Assembly (NCBI GenBank): GCA_902778125.1
Contig: CACYWH010000005.1
Location: 6,101-70,100, forward strand
From: an uncultured Erysipelotrichaceae bacterium
GTDB taxonomy: Bacteria; Bacillota_I; Bacilli_A; RF39; UBA660
Direction: 5' to 3'
DNA: 64,000 bases
Shown here: positions 57,224 through 64,000 of the stretch, in pieces
Layout of the letters: each line of letters starts with the position of its first letter
Numbering within the stretch: the first letter of the stretch is position 1
Program-made: the position numbers and the translations under genes
The notes under the pieces: generated by a model
Databases searched by the model: none
Told to the model about the DNA's origin: nothing
The model's input: the letters and a program-made list of their open reading frames with translations, nothing else

Positions 57224-58126
57224 TTATTTTCTTTTGTTTTCACTAATTAAGGTTAACTCAGTAGTTAAGTATTTAATTCTTTCAATTATTCTTCTTGCTT
57301 TTATTTCATCTCTTTCTTTATTTGTTTCAGCTAAGACATTTTCAAGTTCTTCTATAGTGAAATTAGAAGTAAAGAATGTTGTTAGGTTATTATCCATTCT
57401 ATATTGTAAAATAGTTCCTAAAACATCATCCCTAGCCCATGAACTATTATTTTCAGCACCAATATCGTCTAATAATAATACATCACTTGTCATAATTTCA
57501 TCTAATACTTCATCATAACTATAGTCGTTAAAAGATGCCTTTAGACGTTTTAATAGTAGTGGATAATATACATTAACACATCTAAATCCCTTATTAGAAA
57601 GTTCATTTAATAGAGCACTTAATATATAAGATTTCCCACTTCCAAATGATCCATTTAAATATAAACCTTTAACGTCTTCATTATTTACTTTTTTCTTTAA
57701 GAATTCTTTTATATATTTTAAAATTTGATTTCTTTCTTTTTCAAGTATTATATCGCTTAATGATGCATTTCTTAAAATTTTAGATGTTTCAAAGAAAGTA
57801 GTAGTATTTTTAATAGTATTTTCTTTAAAATATTTACAAGGTTTATAATAGAATTCTAGATTACCATTAACTACTTTAGGATAATATACGTGACCATTTA
57901 TCTCATTTTTACATTTATCTATTCCTTTGCAACCACTACAGTTTTTAAGACAAGTACAAGTAGTTTCTAATTTTGAAGTATATTTCATCAATACTTTATC
58001 ATCTAATTTTAGTCTTGAGCAAAGTTTTTTAAATGTTTCATCACTTGAAGATTTAATAAATTCACGTCTTAGTTCATTTTCAATAGTATCTCTACCTTTT
58101 TTATTAAGACTACTTGCTTTTATCAT
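57224..58126 (-). CDS. dnaI: Primosomal helicase loader DnaI
   Basis: N-terminal Cys-rich zinc module (CTCLKNCSGCKGIDKC), Walker A GSFGSGKSY, Walker B LLLDDIGAE. ATGA overlap with dnaB. Confidence 0.85.
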   Translation of the reverse strand: MIKASSLNKKGRDTIENELRREFIKSSSDETFKKLCSRLKLDDKVLMKYTSKLETTCTCLKNCSGCKGIDKCKNEINGHVYYPKVVNGNLEFYYKPCKYFKENTIKNTTTFFETSKILRNASLSDIILEKERNQILKYIKEFLKKKVNNEDVKGLYLNGSFGSGKSYILSALLNELSNKGFRCVNVYYPLLLKRLKASFNDYSYDEVLDEIMTSDVLLLDDIGAENNSSWARDDVLGTILQYRMDNNLTTFFTSNFTIEELENVLAETNKERDEIKARRIIERIKYLTTELTLISENKRK

Positions 58127-59403
58127 TTTCTAAACTCCTCTATGAAATTTTTGAATTCGGTATCATCACTTGATGAATCGCTAGATTCAATTTTTTCGTT
58201 AAACCAAGTAGGTAATACTTTATTCTTTTTATTATTAATATTATTTTTATATTTTTTCTTATGTTCTTTTTCAGCAATACTCATAGCTTCACTTGCAGTT
58301 TCAATATTACTTCTTTTCCATTGACCCGCTATAGTCTCTACGTATTGAGAAACCAATTTGTTATTATTAGTTTTTAAGCAGTAATCTATTAAAACATTAA
58401 CTACTGCAGGATTAAGTTTCAAGTCAATTAATAACATTTCTAATATCTTCATATCTCTATCAGTTGGTTTGACCCCATGATATTTTGCTTTTAAGAACTC
58501 ATATGGTGAATGGCTTTCAAATACTTGAATCATTCTACCTCTTGAAGAATTATCTCCATTAGCGCTCTTTAAATATTCTGGTTGACTTTTAAATAATAAA
58601 CTTGGAAGTCTATTATCATTATTAAATTGATAGTATTTTCTAACGTTTTTTCTTAATTCATCTTTATCAATATTACCTTTTTCATTTAGTGATGCTCTTA
58701 CTAAATCTGCCATAGATACGGGATCTACATCATATAAAAATGATAGATTTGTTATTAATTCTTTCATAGATTTATTTAAACATTTTTCATTAAACATCTC
58801 TTTTGGTAATGATGATACCATTAAATCAAAATCATAATCCAGTTCATATTGAAGCAATAACTTATTTTTAGAAACAATGTCGCCTTCATTTAATTCTAAA
58901 AGAGTATAATTTCTACTTTTATATACTTGATCGAATGTGGAAGTAACATCTTCATAATCTTTTAATGATACTTTAGGAATTTTAAACATATCAAATAATC
59001 TATTATATTCACTCTTACCCACATTGTTATATAAAACAACATTAAATATTGGATGAGAAAAGAATTCTGAAGCAGATACAGGACTATATAGTTCATAAAT
59101 ATAACTATTAATTTCTCCTTCATGGTAATACGTCTTTAATAATCCGATTCCCTCTAATCTTAGTCTGCATTCTTTAATATTATCAAGTGTAAGACCCATA
59201 CTAGTCATTAAATGATGATGAGATAATTCAGAAGAAATATATGTTTCTTTTGCCTCATTCTGAAGTTTAAGATATAGAACCACTGCAGCATATCCAATTA
59301 TAGGCATATAAAGTGTATTTAAAACAAGTCTATCTTGTTCACTAAGAAGACTTTTATCAATTACTTGATATATATCTGCTGGATATAATGATATCTTTTT
59401 CAT
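58123..59403 (-). CDS. dnaB: Replication initiation and membrane attachment protein DnaB (Bacillota type, DnaD-like domains)
   Basis: 426 aa, translationally coupled upstream of dnaI. Winged-helix N-terminus (LYMPIIGYAAVVLYLKL) and a DnaB_2-like C-terminal repeat (VNVLIDYCL...YVETIAGQWKR). Confidence 0.7.
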   Translation of the reverse strand: MKKISLYPADIYQVIDKSLLSEQDRLVLNTLYMPIIGYAAVVLYLKLQNEAKETYISSELSHHHLMTSMGLTLDNIKECRLRLEGIGLLKTYYHEGEINSYIYELYSPVSASEFFSHPIFNVVLYNNVGKSEYNRLFDMFKIPKVSLKDYEDVTSTFDQVYKSRNYTLLELNEGDIVSKNKLLLQYELDYDFDLMVSSLPKEMFNEKCLNKSMKELITNLSFLYDVDPVSMADLVRASLNEKGNIDKDELRKNVRKYYQFNNDNRLPSLLFKSQPEYLKSANGDNSSRGRMIQVFESHSPYEFLKAKYHGVKPTDRDMKILEMLLIDLKLNPAVVNVLIDYCLKTNNNKLVSQYVETIAGQWKRSNIETASEAMSIAEKEHKKKYKNNINNKKNKVLPTWFNEKIESSDSSSDDTEFKNFIEEFRK

Positions 59404-59480
59404 ATACTACCTCTTCATAAAATATTATACATAACAAATGTTAAAAATAAAAGAAAAAATAAATTTAAATCACTTTAAAT

Positions 59481-59666
59481 TTATTTTAATACATTAATCA
59501 TCTCTTTATCATTTTTTGTTTCATCAACATTAATATTTTCAGGTTCATTAAAACACTTATTTAAAATTGGTAATGACAACAAAATAGCACTTGCAAGTGA
59601 TACTTTAATTATATAAATGATTTTCTTTCCTGTTTTTTTATTTTTAATTGTATATTCTTTCATCAT
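59481..59666 (-). CDS. Small hypothetical membrane protein (61 aa)
   Basis: AGAGGGA RBS, one TM, 5 nt after the HD-protein stop. Confidence 0.4.
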   Translation of the reverse strand: MMKEYTIKNKKTGKKIIYIIKVSLASAILLSLPILNKCFNEPENINVDETKNDKEMINVLK

Positions 59667-59671
59667 TCCCT

Positions 59672-60274
59672 CTATTGTATAGTTAATTTTCTTTTTACAC
59701 TATCAGTAATTTCATTATTTTCAAATGAAACATTTAAAAAATTTCTTGATGCTATATAGTCACAAAGATGTATTAATAATTCTTCACGTGATTTTGGAGA
59801 TTCTAAGATTTCATTTCCAGCTTTATCTTTTGTCCATGGACCCATATGTGTACTTATTAATCTTGCTACAAATTCTGCATCCTTACTAGATATATCTAAT
59901 TTATCCTTGTTTTCAATAATAAAATCTCTCATAATTAATGGGTGTTCAGTACATGTGTGACCAATATTCTCTTTTCCGGATTTAAATCCATCATGAAGCA
60001 TTAATGCCATTCTCATTAAATCTTTAGTATATGGCTCATAAACTCCAAAAGCTTCATCTCTAAATATTTCTTCTAATATTCTAAGAGCAACTTTTACATG
60101 TCTTACTAAGCCTCCTTCACCAAGTGAAAATTGTGGATGATATTTACCTGAAGATGATGCTGGAATAACATAAAAATAATCAGGAAGCATATTTAATAAA
60201 GTTTCAGTGCTTCTTCTAACTTTTTCATCTTCTATTTTATCTAATTCAACTTTAAACCAATCTTTCTTTTCCAT
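59672..60274 (-). CDS. HD-domain metal-dependent phosphohydrolase
   Basis: GKYHP...GGLVRHV and MLHDGFK (H...HD pattern). 200 aa. Confidence 0.65.
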   Translation of the reverse strand: MEKKDWFKVELDKIEDEKVRRSTETLLNMLPDYFYVIPASSSGKYHPQFSLGEGGLVRHVKVALRILEEIFRDEAFGVYEPYTKDLMRMALMLHDGFKSGKENIGHTCTEHPLIMRDFIIENKDKLDISSKDAEFVARLISTHMGPWTKDKAGNEILESPKSREELLIHLCDYIASRNFLNVSFENNEITDSVKRKLTIQ

Positions 60275-60346
60275 ATATTATTACCTTCCATCAATATATA
60301 ATTACTTAATAAAAATTATTATAAATCAAAAGAATAATTTTATCAA

Positions 60347-62107
60347 CTATTCTTTTGTATTTAAGTATTCATGTAATTCTTCGGCTACGTTAAGGGGGAT
60401 TATTTCACTAAGCTCACTAACGTCTGCTTCTTTTATTTTAGATACACTACCATATTTTTTAATAAGTTTTTTCTTTCTAACTTCACCCAAACCATTTATA
60501 TTATCTAAAACACTTGAAATAGAACCTTTACTTCTTATTTCTCTATGATATGTAATAACAAATCTATGTACTTCTTCATCTATTCTACTTAAAAGTCTAA
60601 ATACATTACTACTTTTATCAATGCGTATTATTTCTAATGTATCTCCATCTACTATTGCTTCTGGACTATGATGGTTATCTTTTTTAACACCAATAACTTT
60701 AATTGGCAAATTTAAACTATCTAATATCTCATTACATGCGTTTATCTGATTGATTCCCCCATCAACAATAATCAAATCTGGTGGAGTAAGTTTATCCTTT
60801 AAAACACGAAAATAACGTCTATATATTACTTCTTTCATGGAACCAACATCATCATTTTTTTCTTGGCTTAACTTAAATTTTCTATAATTCTTTTTTGATG
60901 GAACACCATCAACAAATGAAACCATGGCAGAAACATTAAATGTTCCAAAAAGATTTGAATTATCAAAAGCTTCAATAATACTCAACTTATCAAGATTCAA
61001 AAGCTTTCTTAATTCTTCATTAGCATTATAAGTTAATTCTTCATTATTATATATTAATCTTATCTCTTTTTCATATAATTCTTTAGCATTATTATAAGCC
61101 ATATCAAATAAATGCTTTTTAGGACCTCTTTGTACTATAATTGCTTTTGTAGATAGTATTTCACTCATCATTTCTACGTCTAGTATATCAGGAATAATAA
61201 TTTCTTTAGGAACTAAATTATTCTTACTATAGAAAGAATGAATATAATATTCTAATGTTTCTTTTATATCATTTATTACTGGTATTATCTTATTATTTAT
61301 ACCAACCAATTTACCGTTTCTTATAAAAAATATAACTATACTTATATAAGAATTATCATAATAATAATTAATTATATCTCTATTTATATTATCATCTAAT
61401 TCAACTATTATTTGATTTTTAAACACAGTATTTATATAACCAAGTTCTTCTACTAATTCCTTACATACTTCGTAATTTAAATTTTTAGAATTAAATTCAA
61501 TCTTCTCATTTATTTTATCTATCAGTAACTTATCATTTCCATTTAATATGGATAATATTTCTTTTTTCATAGGTTCTATATCTATATTTTTGTTTTCACA
61601 GTAACCAAGACATTGATGAATATGATAATATAAGCATACTTTTTTAGGTATAGTTTCACATTTTCTAAGTGGATATAGTCTATTTATTAGATTAACTAAT
61701 CTTCTTGCTGCATATACATTTGGATATGGTCCGAATAAATGATTATATTTTTTACGAGCATTTATTTCTCTTCTAACTCTTACTCTAGGAAACTCTTCAT
61801 TAGTAAATTCTATATATGGATAACTTTTATCATCTCTAAGTAAAATATTATACTTAGGATCATATTTTTTTATTAAATTAATTTCTAGTATGAATGCTTC
61901 TGTTTCACTATTAGTAACAATATATTCAAAATGATCTATCTCACTTACTAATTTTTTTGTTTTACCTGTTACTCTACCAGTAAAATAACTCTTTAATCTA
62001 TTAAAAAGGATTTTTGCTTTTCCAACATAAATAACTACCCCATCTTTATTAAACATAAGGTAGCAACCACTTTTTTTAGGAACATTAGATAATTCTTCTT
62101 TAAACAT
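60347..62107 (-). CDS. uvrC: Excinuclease ABC subunit C
   Basis: GIY-YIG (GCYLMFNKDGVVIYVGKAKILFNRL...YF), UvrBC-interaction region, RNase H-like endonuclease domain, C-terminal (HhH)2 (INGLGEVRKKKLIKKYGS). Confidence 0.95.
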   Translation of the reverse strand: MFKEELSNVPKKSGCYLMFNKDGVVIYVGKAKILFNRLKSYFTGRVTGKTKKLVSEIDHFEYIVTNSETEAFILEINLIKKYDPKYNILLRDDKSYPYIEFTNEEFPRVRVRREINARKKYNHLFGPYPNVYAARRLVNLINRLYPLRKCETIPKKVCLYYHIHQCLGYCENKNIDIEPMKKEILSILNGNDKLLIDKINEKIEFNSKNLNYEVCKELVEELGYINTVFKNQIIVELDDNINRDIINYYYDNSYISIVIFFIRNGKLVGINNKIIPVINDIKETLEYYIHSFYSKNNLVPKEIIIPDILDVEMMSEILSTKAIIVQRGPKKHLFDMAYNNAKELYEKEIRLIYNNEELTYNANEELRKLLNLDKLSIIEAFDNSNLFGTFNVSAMVSFVDGVPSKKNYRKFKLSQEKNDDVGSMKEVIYRRYFRVLKDKLTPPDLIIVDGGINQINACNEILDSLNLPIKVIGVKKDNHHSPEAIVDGDTLEIIRIDKSSNVFRLLSRIDEEVHRFVITYHREIRSKGSISSVLDNINGLGEVRKKKLIKKYGSVSKIKEADVSELSEIIPLNVAEELHEYLNTKE

Positions 62108-62142
62108 ATACCCTCCTTAATTATTTTATCAAAAAAGAATTA

Positions 62143-62367
62143 TTATGAAAATAATTCTTTAGCAATTTTTAAAGATAATAGTTCTATTAATTTACTATCT
62201 TCAACTCTAATAAGTTTATTTTCTTTTAAATAACAAAACATATATTTTCTAGGATTATTCTCTTCACATAAGAAATAATAATCAATATTATTATGTTTAA
62301 TAATTGCTGAAACTATATATTTAATATTATTATCAAGAGTTAATATATCATATTTTTCAATATTCAT
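62143..62367 (-). CDS. Small hypothetical protein (74 aa)
   Basis: AGGAGAG RBS, 4 nt after the previous stop. No confident motif. Confidence 0.45.
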   Translation of the reverse strand: MNIEKYDILTLDNNIKYIVSAIIKHNNIDYYFLCEENNPRKYMFCYLKENKLIRVEDSKLIELLSLKIAKELFS

Positions 62368-62371
62368 AATT

Positions 62372-62662
62372 TTACTCTCCTAATTTTTTGATTAACTTAT
62401 TATTCTTTTTATTTTCATTAGACAAACTTTGAAGTGATATTGAACACATCATTAATGTAAGTCCTGATTCAGCTAATAATAGTGGAGATGCTACAGCAGG
62501 TAAAGTAAAATTAAGTGCAGCAATTGATGCTACTGTAAATGCTATAGATGACTCTAAAAACACAAAAGATGATAATGCTTTTAATATTATATTTTTCTTT
62601 TGTCTTTTGTTGATTTTATTAAACTTTTTAATATCAACTAAACTATATTCTTTTTCTTCCAT
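62372..62662 (-). CDS. Small two-TM membrane protein (96 aa)
   Basis: GAGG RBS. Basic N- and C-termini flank two hydrophobic helices. Confidence 0.45.
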   Translation of the reverse strand: MEEKEYSLVDIKKFNKINKRQKKNIILKALSSFVFLESSIAFTVASIAALNFTLPAVASPLLLAESGLTLMMCSISLQSLSNENKKNNKLIKKLGE

Positions 62663-62685
62663 TTGTTTTTACCTCATTCTATATA

Positions 62686-63717
62686 TTAGATAGTCCATTT
62701 ACGACTTCTTTGCATTGGTTTACTAGACACTGTATTATCCTTAATATATTGTCTTAAAAAATATAATTTATCTAAATTATTATCGAATATTAAATCTGCT
62801 AACTCAAGTGCTTCATCTATAAATATTTGATTATAATTATCTTGTTCTATTTTATTTGTCTTTCTTTCTCTTTTAATAATAGTATCCATATCGAATTTAG
62901 ATTCTTTAGCGCATTTTAATAACTTTATAAATGTATTTACATTGTTTTGCCATATAACGGGATCTAATGTTCCATTGGGGCTTCTAAATTCAATTGTATC
63001 TTTGTATGCAATTTTTTCTTCATCTGATACTAATGTTGTAGTACTAAATGAAATTGCTTTCATTCTTCCTGTAAGTAATTGTAATATATTTTCAACACTG
63101 ATACTCATATCATTTACTAGTTTATTATATATTTCATTATAATCATGAGATGAAGGTTTAGAATATTTGATTAAAGGATTTTTAGATAAGAATTCATTAT
63201 ATCCATATCTATATAAAACATTTTCATAAACTGCCCATAATTTAAGTAAATTAAGAAGTGCTGTTTTACTATCGCCAAGAGCTTGTGAACCAATATGAAT
63301 ATGTCCAGCAGAATGTGGGCCAACACTAGCATATCTTTTAATAAAAGAACATACCTTTTTTAAATCTTCCCAAGTTTTGATATTGTCTGTTTCTATTGGA
63401 GAAGTTATCTCTCTACCATTATTTTCAGTTAATGTAGTATCAGTTTTTATATCCCATAAATCTGTATCATGATATGCTTCTCTAATATTCCCATTATTTA
63501 ATTTTAAATGTCTAAATTCATTTTCAAAATCAGAAATTTCATCTTTAATGTTTTCAAATTCTAATTCTAATCCAAAGGTATATCCGGTATTTATTCCGAT
63601 ATTACCTCTTAACTTTAATTTATATTGTAATAAAAATTTAATAAATTCTTCTAAATCTTTTTTATTCAATGAAGACAATTTATCATTAGAATTTGGATTA
63701 ATAAAGTTATTTGACAT
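62686..63717 (-). CDS. Putative amidoligase (glutamine-synthetase-like carboxylate-amine ligase, Amidoligase_2-type)
   Basis: YTFGLELEFEN, NGREITSPIE and SAGHIHIGS reproduce the GxExE / E-x-x-SP / GxHxH motif series of the family. AAGGGG RBS. Confidence 0.6.
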   Translation of the reverse strand: MSNNFINPNSNDKLSSLNKKDLEEFIKFLLQYKLKLRGNIGINTGYTFGLELEFENIKDEISDFENEFRHLKLNNGNIREAYHDTDLWDIKTDTTLTENNGREITSPIETDNIKTWEDLKKVCSFIKRYASVGPHSAGHIHIGSQALGDSKTALLNLLKLWAVYENVLYRYGYNEFLSKNPLIKYSKPSSHDYNEIYNKLVNDMSISVENILQLLTGRMKAISFSTTTLVSDEEKIAYKDTIEFRSPNGTLDPVIWQNNVNTFIKLLKCAKESKFDMDTIIKRERKTNKIEQDNYNQIFIDEALELADLIFDNNLDKLYFLRQYIKDNTVSSKPMQRSRKWTI

Positions 63718-63743
63718 GATATACCCCTTTTTACAAGCAGTAT

Positions 63744-63772
63744 ATTATACAATATATATTTATCTTTGTCAA
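63744..63772 (-). promoter_or_regulatory. Consensus sigma-A promoter of the amidoligase unit
   Basis: Minus strand: TTGACA (63772-63767), 17-nt spacer, TATAAT (63749-63744). Confidence 0.7.
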
Positions 63773-63793
63773 AAAAGGTATTATAATTAGATT

Positions 63794-64000
63794 ATGAAAA
63801 AGTTAAATGAAAGTTTTATAGAAGTTAAAAAATCTAAATTTATAGGAATTTTATATTCAATAGATAATCTAAGTGATATAGATACAATATTAAAAGAATT
63901 ATCTTTTGAGCATAAAAAAGCAAGACATATTGTATATGCATATAAATTAGGAGGACAAGAAAAGAATTATTCTGATAAAGAACCAAGTGGTACTACTAGG
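63794..64000 (+). CDS. YigZ/IMPACT family protein (UPF0029), N-terminal fragment; 3' end lies outside the window
   Basis: FIEVKKSKFIGILY...HKKARHIVYAYKLG...SDKEPSGTT matches the YigZ N-terminal domain. ORF is open to the window end. Confidence 0.65.
   Translation, partial: MKKLNESFIEVKKSKFIGILYSIDNLSDIDTILKELSFEHKKARHIVYAYKLGGQEKNYSDKEPSGTTR

Overview
64-kb chromosomal segment from a very AT-rich, standard-code (Trp = TGG, no in-frame TGA needed) low-GC Gram-positive bacterium. The Bacillota assignment rests on the dnaB/dnaI loader pair, tmcAL, and SipW/TasA-, SpoIIM- and SpoVB-type genes. Coding density is high and most genes are core housekeeping: polA, tmcAL, rpmF, sigA, lepA, smc, def, trxA, queA-tgt, tcdA, rarA, xerD-deoB, an RlmD-type methyltransferase, mnmA, mscL, acpS, murC, dnaB-dnaI, uvrC and three tRNAs. 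I saw no CRISPR array, transposase, phage or plasmid genes. Many units carry textbook TTGACA-17-TATAAT promoters and AT-stem hairpin/T-run terminators. Six things stand out. (1) A translationally coupled five-gene dlt-like envelope aminoacylation operon (adenylase, carrier protein, MBOAT, SGNH/DltD-like) has an extra fold-type-III PLP decarboxylase-family gene inserted, and acpS lies convergent to it. (2) A TasA/camelysin-like fibre locus has two tandem subunit paralogues, a SipW-type signal peptidase fused to a polytopic membrane domain, and a bitopic membrane protein. It sits directly behind an orphan PilC (with a ~235-aa N-terminal extension) and PilD pair that lacks an ATPase or canonical pilins. 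A third SipW-signal protein lies 5 kb away. (3) A good 28-bp XerC/XerD dif site at 42165-42192 lies where gene orientation converges, so the window probably spans the replication terminus. (4) An unannotated ~165-nt RNA with canonical 6S RNA architecture lies upstream of tcdA. (5) A GS-like amidoligase (Amidoligase_2-type motifs) is coupled to two tiny proteins next to uvrC. (6) Several small unannotated ORFs are present, including a 42-aa Arg/Asn/Ser-rich basic peptide and a DUF4044-like peptide, plus a frameshifted small membrane gene. All functional calls come from motif recognition by eye. No database search was run.
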